Source: Nymphaea colorata (lineage: Eukaryota). From it: a stretch of DNA of 64,000 bases. A program made the translations under genes and the position numbers. Under the pieces are notes generated by a model. That model made no database searches, was not told where the DNA came from, and saw only the letters and a list, made by a program, of their open reading frames with translations. Positions 50,948 through 64,000 of the stretch are shown here, piece by piece (the first letter of the stretch is position 1; the number at the start of each line of letters is the position of its first letter). The DNA lies in assembly GCF_008831285.2 (NCBI RefSeq), contig NC_045138.2, positions 3,472,001 through 3,536,000 on the forward strand, written 5' to 3'.

Positions 50948-53022
50948 TTAGACGTTGGGGTTGCTCCTGAAGGAACCAAGAGCCTTGATGGCAGAGGCTC
51001 TGAGGATGTATTGGTGGAAGGCAGCAGCAATGGCAGCTCCAACGAAGGGCCCCAACCAGAAGATCCACTGCAACCCCAAGAACAAGACACATGTCATCAA
51101 ATTGGCACCCAATATCAAGATAATGCGTTCAAACTGAAAAGAGTGGGCAGTGGCAGAAGCAGACAATAAAAAGTGGGTGGGAAGGGAAGGAGCTGGAGCA
51201 CTTACGTGGTTGTGCCAGGTGGAGTCGTCGTTGAAGATGACCGCAGCGCCCAGGCTACGGGCAGGATTGATGCCCGTGCCCGTGAGTGGGATGGTGGCTA
51301 GATGGACCATGAACACCGCGAACCCAATGGGTAATGGTGCCAGAACCTGCAGTTTTCACAAAACCACAGAAAAAGAAAGAAGGGCGTAAGCAAGGCCAAT
51401 CGGTCCCAAACTCCGGCCAAGCCAGATAAGGCTCCGAGACACAAGATAAAAGCTAAAGAGAGTCATATAAGATAACACAGTGAAAATGAGAAGACGAGAG
51501 AAAGCTGCCCACCAAAAGAACACGCCAGGGCTGGGGAATCCTACGACTTTTTATTTCCTAATCCTCGCCTTGCGTAAAAAGCAAAAGGTGAAAGGCTAAC
51601 GCATTCACTGCAACACAGTGGGCCTTAAAGATGAAGAAATGACATCATAATAGTGCAAGGGAAACCTACTACCCATTATAGTACAGAGAGAAAGATAGGA
51701 AATTTAGGCCGGAGAAAAGGGTCCTACAGTGTTTCCCTGAGGCGTTTATGTTCCCAGTCGACGGCATCTGGAGCTGTCAACCTGAACATGAAACCGTAAT
51801 TCACTCAAGCTGCACCGTGGTGGCGATAATCGAGCCTGATTTTCCCAGTTTTGCCACCACCAACAACGGCAGAGAAAGAGAGAGAGAAAAAAAAAAGAGA
51901 GGAGGGGAGGTCTAGTTTGAGGAGTTGATGCTGTGGGCTTACCGGCACATGGGAGTCACGGGCGTTCCTCTTGGGATCGGTGGCGGAGAAGACGGTGTAG
52001 ACGAGGACGAAGGTGCCGATGATCTCAGCCCCGAGGCCGACGCCCTTGGAGACACCGAGGGCGAGGAAGTTGGTGCCTCCCCTATACCGGACGTAGTAGG
52101 CACTCTGGAAGCCCTTCACCAGGCCAACACCGCAGATGGCACCCAGACACTGAGCCACTATGTAGAAGATGGCCCTGATCAGAGACACCTTCCTCGCCAG
52201 CAACAGGCCAAACGTCACGGCCGGGTTAATGTGACCGCCTGCAACACACCAAAACACCCCAAAACCAACAATTACGTCCTCGAACTAGAACCTATAATAT
52301 AGTAGAACCGGGTCACACAGAAATCCATGCGTTAGTAACGCCAAAAATTTTCAGCAGAAAGTAAAATAGACAGTTTATTTCTTTCATAAACCTGATCCCC
52401 TGTCTTTCCAAGACCATAACACTCTGAAAACTCGGCCACCGGATGCATGTATCAAATGAAACACGCGGCCTTCCACTTCCATCCCGACTTATTTTTTCTC
52501 TATTTAAGCGAAACCGGCAAAAAGAAAACAGGCATCAGGGAAGTGGGCGGCCTTCTGGCTTTCCACCCTTTGTTCGTTTTTGTTACATAACACTCGTCGA
52601 CCACCAAACCCAGTCATCGGTGGGAGTAAAGCAGACGAGAAAGAAGGTAGAAAGCCCGTCTTGTCACCTGGAGGTGTCCTTTTGTGTGTATGAAAGAGAG
52701 AGACAGAGAGAAAAAGACCTGAAATTCCGGCGGTGCAGTAGACGAGAACGAAGATCATGCCGCCGAAGGCCCAGGCGATTCCCAGCACGCCAACCCCGGC
52801 GCAGGGGTCGTTGGAAGTGGCGAACTGGTGCTTGTAGCCGATGACGGTGGCGATGGTGATGTAGAGGAAGAGCAACGTCGCTATGAACTCCGCTATGACC
52901 GCCCTGTAGAAGGACCACTTGGTCAGGTCCTCGACGTCGAACAGAGGCGCCGGCGGCGGGTCCGTATAGTCCTTGGCCGTGTACCCGGCGCCCTGCTCTG
53001 TCACCTCGACCTCCTTCCCCAT
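50948..53022 (-). CDS. PIP2: Plasma membrane intrinsic protein, PIP2-type aquaporin, 286 aa
   Basis: Exons 53022-52719, 52238-51943 (296 nt), 51346-51206 (141 nt), 51067-50948 total 861 nt. Features: [22 protein letters not shown], two NPA boxes ([19 protein letters not shown]), F/H/T/R filter, loop B RKVSL, loop D RDSHVP, and C-terminal [12 protein letters not shown] typical of PIP2. Confidence 0.97.
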
Positions 53023-53122
53023 CCCTCTACCAGAAGACCAAGAAAGAGAAACCAAACCAGAGAGAGCGAGAGAGTGTGTGTGTGAGGGCTGCTGCTTCTG
53101 GTCATGTAGTGCGTCTGGGAAG

Positions 53123-53131
53123 GTATTTATG
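53123..53131 (-). promoter_or_regulatory. Putative TATA-like element of PIP2
   Basis: CATAAATAC on the minus strand about 100 nt upstream of the ATG, ahead of a CT/CA-rich 5' UTR. Confidence 0.4.
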
Positions 53132-55374
53132 GGCAAACCCTTGGGCGTCCGGTATGACGGCCTCCCGTCATCTTTACAAAAAAACTGCCGTCCAGACCGA
53201 CTAATCTCCATTACACCAATTGTTAAGGGACTCGGTGGACCGCAATGTGGGGCCCACTCCTCGTCACAGGAGGCCCTGCCGGTCACTCCCCCCTTCCCTT
53301 TTTATCCCTCGGTCAACCTCTCTTTTTCTTTTTTACTATAATACCCTTTGTTAACGTCTCCCGTTGATGGGTTTTTTTTTATTTATTTTTCATTCATGCA
53401 CCGTTGAAGTACAAAAAAAAACATATCACGTAATCTTGATTTTTTTTTTTGAGGTTTGTACCGTCTTTTGCAGCGAAATTTTACCATGATTCAATTCAGA
53501 AAAACTTTTCAAGCAAAAAAGAAGTTTGATTTTTTTTTATGAAAAAATTGTTTCTTTTGTACATTAATAATTTTACCATAAAAAAAAACTTTTTGCATCA
53601 AAGGAAGCTTGAGATAAAGCATCTCGGACCGATAGACCTTGTCGTTTGAAATGTTTCAATGGTTCTGTTGTAGGTTTTTAACATTTTGCTAAGGTGGTTT
53701 TTAGAATTAGCTTGGATGGTTAGAAAATTTGGTTAAGAGTTAAAGTTGGCTCACCCTTGACTTAACTCGACTTGTCTCCTCACTTGATCATGATTCGCTT
53801 CGCTCGATTCAAGCTATTTTAAAAATCAACATGAGTCAATTGGCTGTTAATCGTTTATCGATTCAAGTCCCAATCATAAATTTGCCAAGCAAAAAAAAAA
53901 AAAACCTTCCACTGAACTAAGGGCATTTTAGACATTATCTTTTCAAGAAACATGCGTACGGATATACAGGGGCCTCATTCTTATCCCTTTTATCTTGCTT
54001 TTGAAAAAAAAACTGTTAAAAAAACCCAAACAAAGAAAAGGAAGAAGCCGGAGGGATGGAAATAAAAAAAGAAAGGGAGGATAGCATGGTAAATCGGGTT
54101 GACCGTTCTCCCTTTCTTCTCTTTCCCACCCCGACAGCGATGAAGGAAAAAGCAGCTCGCCAGTTACCGGTTTCCGGCCCCGCGAGTAGCCGTTGAGAGA
54201 TAAAATGACGAATCCACCACCAGGCAGGGCCTTTCTTTTTAGCTCTCAGATGAGAGATGATGACAGGGTGAAGTTTAAAAAGGTTCAGACGACCCATTCA
54301 TTTCACGTCGACGGCATTCCTCCTCCTTTCTTTATCTCATCAAACTCAAAAACTCTCTTCTTATTCCTTCGCCCTTCAAACTCATCCTCCTTTCCTTTCT
54401 TATAACCATAAGCCGTCAGATTATATATATATATATATATAAAAGTGGTTGGTGATAGAAGACGTGCAAGTATTTAAGGAGAAATTTAAGGGAGCACCAA
54501 ATTTCAGGACTCGTCGTCTCTCCGAGGATGGGATGGGACACAACGGTGGGAATCTTTTACAGCTGAAGAAAAACAAAACAGATTTTGATTTTGTTTTCCT
54601 GCAGCACCAATCATCGAAATGCTTTTATCACGATCGACAAGGTGTGGAGAATCCGCGTTTAACTTATTTTATTCGTTCGTGCATGGGAGATGGTAAAAAA
54701 GGAGTTTGGTTCACATGGTTAGATAGAAGGGATGTCGAAATCGCGAGGTTTTATCTTAGAATCGAAGCAAAGACCTCGACGCTTGAATAGGCGGCCTCCT
54801 GTGTATCGATGAAAACAAACCAACTAAAGCGAAGCTATCAGCATTAAAAACTGAAGAATCATCCATGAAACTATTACTGGTTTGAAAAATGTAAGAGAGA
54901 GAGAGAGAGAGAACATGAGAGGTTTATGCAATATGGGGAGCAAGAAAAACGGAAGATTATGTACACTAATCGTGACCTGTTCTGAAATACTATATGTGAA
55001 GTCATTTCTCACAGTCAAAATGGAATTGTCTATCGTTTTACATATAATAATACCTTGTAAATCTTTAATTAGTGGAAAAGGAAAAAAATCTTCGTAATTT
55101 CAACTCGTTCTTCTTTCTACTTTGATATTCATTTTTGAAGTCTTTAAACTTTTTTTTCGTAAAACATAAACAAAAATCTAGTTAAAAACCTTCTTTCTGC
55201 TTTACACCGGCCGGTTAATAATCGGTAAACTGGGCGGCCGGCGATCCCATCTCTGTCTGTCTGGAAGATTAAGACTGAACTCCTACAAATGTACTTCACG
55301 TTGAAACGTGGCGCCGCTTTAGAGGTGAAGAGTAGGATGGCAGGGTTCGGAAGTCTCCGGAACCTCCCGCCCTG

Positions 55375-55713
55375 GGACCCACCAACAAGGGGAAATATGA
55401 CGGAGACTTGGTGATCTGAATCTTCACGCTCCCTCTCTCGACCCATCATATCTCCGCCATTTTGTCCTGTAACGTTAAATTTAATTAAAAGAAAAAAAAA
55501 AAAAAGAAGGAGAAAGAAAAAGGATGTCAGCCAAGGTGGTCCCACGCCAACATGAAGTGGGCCCCGCGCCCCCACTTTCCAGCTCTGTGATTGGCTGTCG
55601 ATCACGTGGACCACCGGCCCCCGAGCCGGAGGCTGTGCGGTGGGCACAGCAAAGCGTGCCGATGTGGGCCCCACTGGGCCCGTCCCTCTTATTTCTGCTC
55701 TCGTGGGGCCCAC
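55375..55713. promoter_or_regulatory. GC-rich cluster of TCP-type motifs (GGNCCCAC) with a G-box and a CCAAT box
   Basis: GGACCCAC 55375, GGTCCCAC 55538, GTGGGCCC 55557, GTGGGCCCCAC 55664, GTGGGGCCCAC 55703, CACGTG 55603, ATTGG 55590. Confidence 0.5.
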
Positions 55714-56345
55714 CTGCCAGAAAAAAAATGATTAGAGCTTCGTCGTCCTCTCTCCATCCTACGGTTCTGGGTCGGGTCCGCTTCTGACCCTCAGCTCCCA
55801 ACGGCTCTTTTTCCTCGAGATGCGATGGCTACGTGACAAGTTTTCCACTTCACTGTTGGGCTCTTGACGTTATTTCATTCTGCGGTTTTCTTTTCTTCAG
55901 GGGGGATGTTCATGTAAGTAGCAAAAGCAAACACGAATAAAGAAAATCTCGACTCCGTTTCCTACCGTTTGACTATCATACCGGCCGCTTATATTGCAAA
56001 AATAATTGAAGTCTGTTGACGCCATCCTTGACAGAAGCATGAGAAGAAGAAGAAGAACAGCCCGGATTTTGGCCACGGCAATCATGCTTTTATAATTTTT
56101 TTTTTCAACCGGCCGGAAAGTTATTCGCCGCCAACGGTTTCCACCTGCTTCCGTTCTTCTCTCCCTTTTTTTAATAACGTAAAGATCTGTTTCACCCTGG
56201 TCCGGATGTGGCCGTTATGGACGAATGATTTTTCATGGAAGCTACCCATAACACATATCACCGTTTTTCCAACTACCAAATCCCAAACTGCCAACGGGAA
56301 GTTGGACAGTTTCCGGCATGTGCTCTGCAGCTTTTTAGTGTTTGG

Positions 56346-56409
56346 CACGACTGAAAATGTTGTAAGTGAGAAGAAAACACACGACTGAAAATGTTGGTAA
56401 GTTAGAAGA
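56346..56409. repeat. 34-bp tandem duplication
   Basis: cacgactgaaaatgttg(g)taagt(g/t)agaaga at 56346 and 56380. Confidence 0.8.
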
Positions 56410-56752
56410 GTTAATCTAGTGTTAGATTATTCCAAATGAGAGATGAAGCTCTTCATTCGTCTTCCTTTTTGCGCATACCGCCCTTTTGAGTTATGCCCCT
56501 GTTTTAAATTAACCTTTAAGCCATCATTTAAATGTTGTGATTTGTTTTAAGAATATTTATAAAGCTATATTCTTTTTCTTTTTCTTGATTGGAGAAAAAC
56601 CAGCCAAGCTGAGTGACTTTGTTGCTTCCTGAACACAGACTCACAAGCCAACAGCCCCAGCGCAGCAGAAAGGTAGGTGTTACTGATGGTAGTAGATTCA
56701 GCAACCCTTTGTCTACCGGCTACTACATGCAACAAACACGATGAGACCTATT

Positions 56753-56947
56753 CTGGGGCAGAGAGAGGGAAGGGGAAGGCCACCTAGGCCATGGCCCTAC
56801 CCCAAATAATTGGAAAAAATATATATATACAATGAAAAAAATTAGTTGCGCAATGTATTTTTTAGATTCGAGTTCAGTTTGATCTCACTCCAATCCGAAG
56901 TTGGATTGTTTGGTTTGCTCCTGAAAAAAATCTTAGCTCCGCCCCTA
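56753..56947. mobile_element. hAT MITE of the AGGGGCGGA-terminus family, opposite orientation to the 31239 copy
   Basis: Ends CTGGGGCAGAG...GCTCCGCCCCTA; flanks AGACCTATT / AGACTATT form a near-perfect TSD; internal cctaggccatggccc is shared with the 31239-31448 copy. Confidence 0.75.
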
Positions 56948-57268
56948 AGACTATTGATATATGTCTATATCATTAGGTTTAGTGTAACGACCAGACCCAC
57001 TTCAAGTTTTGCTTTCAGTCTCTCAAAAAACTTAACAATCAAGACAATTAACCACTTAACAACTTTCTTTATAAGTTTTTGAAGATTCATCACAATGTTC
57101 AAAATTTTGAGAGTATTACATTATGCATCTTTCAGTCCGAAAAAAGTTAAGAATAAAGACGACTAACCACATAACAATTCTCTTTATAAGCTTTTGAAAA
57201 TCTCTTACAAGTACATGACTAAATTTTTATATTGTTACATTATGCATGGGACTATATCAACTATCAGC

Positions 57269-57330
<62 letters not shown>
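57269..57330. repeat. Compound (CT)n(AT)n microsatellite
   Basis: Directly visible. Confidence 0.9.
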
Positions 57331-57332
<2 letters not shown>

Positions 57333-60300
57333 CAATTTTAGAGATTATAAATTGCATGACAAAATGCTTCTCCTTTTTTTTTTCTCCCATTTCAATTTCA
57401 TTGCATAAGTTCTTAACTAACATATGATTGTATGGAAATTTTTTTAAAGAAAAAAATAGTTGGCATCATGAACTTCTTCCAAAAGGGATCCGTATTTTTG
57501 GTAAATGTTGTCTCGCTTTTACTTTATCTCATATATAAATTGCAAATTTTCTTGTTGGGCAGACTAATTGCCGGTGGCTGGTAGAAGGCAACTACGTTTT
57601 GGTTTGATTTCTATAGGCCTTAACTCCGGCGGTGGAGCCGGGATTTCTTTTTCCAATTTCGTGCGATGATCATCCTCACGCCATACGTCCTTTTCCCATC
57701 TCGAATTAGTTTAGTTTAATGCTGCGTTTTTGGAAAGCTTTTTCCTAGTTCATTCAAAACTTGGAATTCTTTTCCACTGCTCTTCTAAGTGAAGTTCCTT
57801 TTCTTTTTCCTTTTTTCCTGAAAAAAAAAAGAAAAAAAAAAACTTTAAATAAAGTGAGACATGTGATCCACTTGCACTCCTGATACTCAAAAGGAAGACA
57901 AAAATAAAGTATCCTCGAAGCAACACCCATGCTTGCTATCATGAACTGTTTCTTTTTTCCTTTCTCCCACTCATGTCCTAAAATCTTCTTCATCATTTTG
58001 TACTGTAAAACTATGCTCTCATTTATACAGTGGAAGATGATGATTGGAACTGTTTGAATAAATAGGTCAACCTCCTTAGAAGCTGTTTGTATGCTCATGG
58101 AAAACGCTTATAGAATCCAAAGAAAAGTGCAACCCAGTGTGAAAAGTCTTCCTATAAGAACAAAATTGAAGAAAACAAGAAAGAAACACATTTTTCATAG
58201 ATGACGTGAAATTTGGTTAGGTGGTGTTTTTGTCACCAGGAATACACAACGCTTAATATGCACCACACATGTAACCCTCTCAAATTCATCACTAAGAACC
58301 AAGATAATCACACACTTGCAAAGGAATATCTACCACACATATAATCAACCCTCACAATTTCACCAATATAATATATTGAAATGATAAACACATTTGAGAA
58401 GCAACATGAACGACCTCGAGCAGGTTCTTCATTGTTTGCATTGTATCACATTCTTCAATATTGACTCTAATAATAATAGCGATACTCAGGGAGCATTTGC
58501 CCGCAGAAACACTAGCACATTAATTTTGTCATTCTGTCAATATATTTGAGGCAGATTCATAAAAACACGTTGTTGGTATGCTTTCTCATGTTGCCACCAG
58601 GTTGGCTAGTGCTATAAATAGAGAAAAATAATATATAAATTTTTGTTATGGGGCACTGTTATAAAAATTCTCATTTCTAAAGAGACACAACATATATAAA
58701 TAAATAAATAATTATAATAAATCTATGTAAAAATATATAAAAATTTTGTTGCTGGTGTGGGTAGGTAGCTAGGCTACTGGTTGTAATGTTTTTGAAATCA
58801 AAACTTTTTTTAAGCTAATAAAAGAAAGACAGGATGAACAAGAATACTAATTGCACTAAGCAAAAGGAAACAACAAATGTTTTTTTTTAATTACATATTA
58901 CAAAAGGCTTCTTTTTTTTTCTAGAGCATCCTTTATAAAAAAAATTCTTTCAATATAAAAAGAAAAAAGAAAAGAAAATGAACAGCAACCTAAAAAAATT
59001 GGCTGACTCGAAAACAAAGTCCTCAATCGCTTAAAGATTGTGATTGTCTTTCTTTGTTTTTTTAACACTCCGTTCGTTTTTTTACTGAAATTAGAAAGAA
59101 AAGTGATCGTCATTGGCATGGTGAAAAGAGAAACTAAACTGGAGAAGTAAATGATGTCGGACTTTTATTTTTTTTCAATGAGAAGAACAACTATATTAAA
59201 CTAAGTGAGAAAAGATATAATATGCATGATTCAGTAACCCATAAGCAAGTTCCTGATCTTAAACCAAGCAAAAAGATTATTTTTATTTTTGTATTAACAA
59301 CTGTTCCGAGACCATTTAGCAGGTTCCATAACTTTAGTGCCGGGAATATAAAGTTTTACCTAAAAGGTCAAACTTTATGACCGAGTAAAATTTTTTGACC
59401 TTGTTTTCCAACCTTGCTTGTATATTAAAATGTGCACCAAGAAAACTTTCATGCATAGACGAATATAAAACTAAAAGACCTAAAACAAAAGTTCGATATC
59501 ATCACTACCTTTCGTTCCACCTAATGCCACCAGTTATTAAATATTCTAATGTTCGACTGTTTAATATCATGTATTTATTTGTCCAAACTAGGATTTACTT
59601 AAACCGAAAGTAGGAACTTCATTACGTCCTTGAACAGCGGACAACCAATCACCGAGTACCACGTGCATCAAGTGCACTTGTCAGGACGACCGAACGAATA
59701 TAAATATAAAAGTATATATATTTCATTTTTTTCTTCTTCATATGCATTGAGCGCCCAACCTTTTTGTTTTTTGTTTCTTTTTAAATTCCAATGTGGGCCT
59801 TGTACCCAATTCTTTGAAATGACCCACTTTCAACAATTGAAAAGTTAGTTTATCTGACCCGTAAATTATGTGGTTTCCTCAAGAAAATAAGAGCCACACA
59901 AAATATCATCGAAACTATAAATCCTAAAATAAGAGAACCATCTTAAAGGAGGTCCTTCATTGCCCAGTGAACCTTTGAATAAAGGCAACCGCTTGGTACT
60001 ATTGTCTTTTCTAGAAATTTGCGACCGATTTGGGGATAATTATATTGCAGTTCCAACTTCAAATTAAATTTCCATGCGATTGCAAAGATGAAAGGAATTC
60101 AAGAGAGGCCGAACACTTTGGATTTCTTTGTTTCACATAAATCAACTTCAAATAAACTAAAATACTCTCTCTCTCTAAATAAAGGAAAAGACTCTCTCCT
60201 TCGTATCTTTTCGGTGACACTTTGTCGCTTCCTTTTGTAATTTTATTGCAATTTCCTCGGTTCCCTTTCTGTGTGATATAATTGATTACAGATTCAATTC

Positions 60301-63300
60301 AGAACTATTTAGTTGGAGGATATGATGAAGAAAAGAAGATGCCATCCTTTTTCACAGACTGGATCTGAGGATGAGAGCTAAAGAGATATGATGAATATCC
60401 AATCCTACCAAAAAAAAAAAAAATCGATTGAATGATGGTCACATTCCGAACTTAATGTCTTCGAGAAAGTAACTTAAATCTAACAACACTAAATTCGATC
60501 TGGGTAGAATCCGATCACATCCGTATCTCCAATCACCTTCGAAGGCTGAGTGAACTTGGAACAAGAATTCCAAATCCGAGTAAGCAATGGAAGGCCGTGT
60601 TAAAAAGTTTTCGGCTTCTTCGTGGTCTACAAAGACAAAATGCGTGCTTCAGAGCACCACCAAGGAAAGAAGGTCGGTGGCTTTTGCGTCAAGAGGAGGA
60701 AACAGAAGTGTAGCGATCATGGCCGCAGGAGAAGAAAGAAAAGGTAAGGAGTCGGAGTGGGTGGTATGAGATGAGACTGTGCTCCATGTGCCGTTGCCTG
60801 TGAGGCTGACAAGAAAAAGCTGCACCTCCCCCACTTCAACCTCCTCCAATATCAGAATTTAATTAATGTAAAAGCGGAGGCCCTAATCTTCCTTGGAACT
60901 CCACATCAGATCCTCATCTTCTGGTCTCCTTTTTGTCTTCTAAAATGGTCTGGACCGCAGATCCTATTCAAGTTTGCTTGTGCTTTTTAATTTGCCACTC
61001 TCAATGAACAGTAAGCTGGCTTCTGCACCTTCCTTACCACCACTAAACTGTTTCTTCTTTAGCTGTTTACTTGACCCCTCCCTCCCTCTCTCTCTCTCTC
61101 CCTCTGTATATGTGTTGATGTGGAAGATGAACTGTTAGAGGTGAGCAGCTCCAAAGTTGGCATCGAGGATCCTAATTGCAGAAAACAACTGGGCAGAGAA
61201 GGCTTTCACTTGTCTTCCTCGGGAATTTAAGTTTCATGGAGGGGAAGGGTTCATATATACTTCTTATGGCAGACAACCGTTTGGAAGCCATGGCGGCTCC
61301 AAAGGAAGGAGCAAAACGAGATGCAGACATAAGCTTGAACGCACGCGTGCTCGAGGAAAGTAACAGCTGAATTGAGTGGTGCAGACAGGAAAATGGGGGC
61401 ACCCAGTCCGTGGCGGGCACTGACTTACACGCTGCCCTTTCCTTCTTCCTCATGTCTATTTTATTCTCATCACCTGCAATAACTCTGATACCTAGGATCC
61501 TTTCAGCAAAGGAATCTCTTCTGATCATCCAAAAAATGATTGGCTTTCCTGAGAATAATAGTAATTAGCTAGAATGTCTTTCCACTTTTATCATTAAAGC
61601 AACAAAGCAACCAGGAACAATGATAAGCAGCTTACGTGAAACTGGTTAACGAAATTATTTTGGGCAGTCGGTGGAAATTGAAAGGCTTCAAGCTGAAGAG
61701 CTGTGTCGAAGTTTTAACCTTTGCTGTTCTCTATGAGCATTTTCATTATAAGCCAGGCTGCAAAATAGTTAGTCAGGCTGCCAATTCAGAAAATCAGAAC
61801 GGGAAACTGTTGTATACATTTTTTTGGAAAAAAAAAAGGGTGAAAACTATATAAAACAATCAACAACAAGAAAAATCACTTAAAATGTTAAAAAAATAAT
61901 AAAAATGAACAGTACTGTGTGACGCGAAGCTCCCTCTACCTTCCAAGTTAAACAAATTGTATCATGATTACACTGCTCTAGAGCTTCCCTCCTGGGATGA
62001 TCTGATAGACGTTCTACCTAACTGCTGCCTGCGCATATAAGGCAAAAAAATAATCTCAGTACAGTTTTTTAAGCTAGAGTACGCTACTGTTCCCTCGCTC
62101 TCTCTGCATCACGGAATACTGAATAATGAGTGAGGAAAATTCTGTATGTATTGTTTACGGCATTATATAAATTCAAGCCACATTTCCGTCTTTCATTTAG
62201 AAATGGGTGGTCCAGTTGCTTAACTTAAGCATGTAAGCTTATCCCTTTTATTTTATTACCAATCAATTCATAAACCATGAAGCCAATCAATTTTGCCTGC
62301 TCTCCTGTAAAGCAAGCAGTCATCTTAGCCCTTTCGTGAATTGTTTTTCTCTATCTCTGGTGGTTGGATGGAATATCCTCTTCTGGGCGGCTTCACCTCT
62401 TCCCCTCTCATGAAAAAAAACAAACAGAGAAAAATTACATGAGCTTCACCCAACTGAAACAATTAATGACAGCAGTACTGATCCGACGACATCCGTGACT
62501 CAGCCCACTTCGCCTGAGAGCTTCGTTCCCAAAAGCATGACATCCCACATGTCTGTTTCTGTGCAGAGAGAGTACCATGAAGGCAAATCTTTTTTTTTTT
62601 CCTCTGCTAAAGTTAGGTACCCCTTCTCTCTCAATCATGGAAACCGAAAGAAATTTACTGCAAGGAAAATGAAGGAGAAGACATTTGAGCCCTGCCCAAG
62701 TTCACAGAAAGCGTTCGTCGGCTTTTTGTTTGTAAAGTCATCCATGACTGCTGCCTCTGCGAGCTGCAGAGAGTTCAGTTCAGAATTTGACAAACTACCC
62801 AACTGCATATTCGGCATAAAGATACAATTCCTTCCATGATTTTACTTGTTCGTTCATCTCATGAAACGCCTTATCATGGGTAGATAATGTCAGATTGCAA
62901 GTGCGTTCTGTAATTGTAGACACCGACTGCTCAGTTGATAAGTACAACTAATTAGGAAGTCAATGGCGCAGTGGGAGTACACATGGTCGAAGAAAGCTTC
63001 CGACTGAGCAATTATTGGGTACCAAATGGCTTCATTACTTCATCATTAAACCCAGTGGCACAGTTGGAAGTCATTTTCATGTTAGCATTGAAGATCCAAA
63101 TAGAATCCGTTAAGCGTCTCAGGGGAATATGCCATCAGATTTGAAAATTATGCAACAGGTGGCAGCTCAACTTCCCTGCCAAAATTACACTACAAGAAAA
63201 AGAAAAGGCACTAGTCTGAGTAGTAGAAAGACGCCCGATGGTTCCCTGCCCATCATGATAAATGAGAATAAGCAGCGGAAGATTCCCACTGCACACAGAA

Positions 63301-64000
63301 ATACCTCTAAATGACAGCGAAATGATGCGCAGAGTCTGACGATTGATGAATATTTTTAGAAGCTCCCCTGGGAAACGGGCAGGCAAAGTATATCCGATAT
63401 AAATCATTCACTTGAATGTCAAGAAAAAGCAAACTAGTTGATAATATGGTATCTATCTGAACATTAAAGGGATGATGCAAACCGGGGGCGTGACAGCTTG
63501 TCAGATTAAGGAGTTGTTGGGAGTCGCTTTAAATCGAGGATTTCTTGTTCCCCATCTAATGATGAAGACTGCCTTTAAACCCTGGACTGACGCACTTTCA
63601 TTATTTGACACCTCTGTCTCTCTTTATCCGTTCTGATGATCCCATAGAATTCTTGGGCCGTACCCTTGGATTAACATTGCATACATCAAAACTTAGTTAA
63701 CAAAAGAAATAATTGTTTCCGGTAACTAAAAAGTGAAAAATGGAGGCTCATCACTTGCTGCAAAAAACATCTGTAAACAATGTTGAAAGCGTGAGACAAT
63801 TTGCATAAGCAGAAGAATGCAAGTTTGCCGTAACAACTGCATGTTATGCAGGCACGGTATGAAGAACAGCTTATCGAAAGTAAATGATAACAGCGAAACA
63901 GTAAAGTGCTTTCACTACCAAGTCCCCTTCCTGACAATGTTCACCACTTTCTACTTCAACCCAGCAGAGGCACTTCATCACGTACAAGCCTCCTCCTGTC

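Noticed and set aside
53023..53286. In-frame 88-codon N-terminal extension of PIP2 in the ORF track
   Set aside because: Begins at GTG, runs through the TATA-like element and the CT-rich leader, and has no MIP-like character; ATG 53022 gives a normal PIP2 N-terminus.
60570..63420. Several 60-120 aa ORFs at the right end of the window
   Set aside because: No recognisable domain, no consistent exon chain, and many have non-ATG starts.

Overview
AT-rich flowering-plant nuclear DNA (spliced genes, microsatellites, MITEs); the species cannot be determined from the sequence alone. Five protein-coding genes can be reconstructed with in-phase GT-AG introns: the last five exons of MAD1 (813-4656, +), an NPF4-type NRT1/PTR transporter (24584-27930, +), an intronless DREB/TINY-like AP2/ERF factor (37357-37971, +), an uncharacterised, probably plastid-targeted coiled-coil plus two-TM protein (44564-45983, -) and a PIP2 aquaporin (50948-53022, -). 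Introns and intergenic DNA hold several families of non-autonomous hAT elements with 8-bp target-site duplications, foldback elements, short tandem duplications and SSRs. The most notable structure is a 784-bp hAT element (12094-12877, perfect CATGAAAC TSD) that contains a decayed, internally deleted fragment of plastid rpoA. A degenerate duplicated segment at about 7.0-7.95 kb (-) may be a relic CLE-like peptide precursor, but that reading is speculative. I found no rRNA, tRNA, recognisable conserved miRNA or CRISPR, and most short ORFs in the track look like noise.
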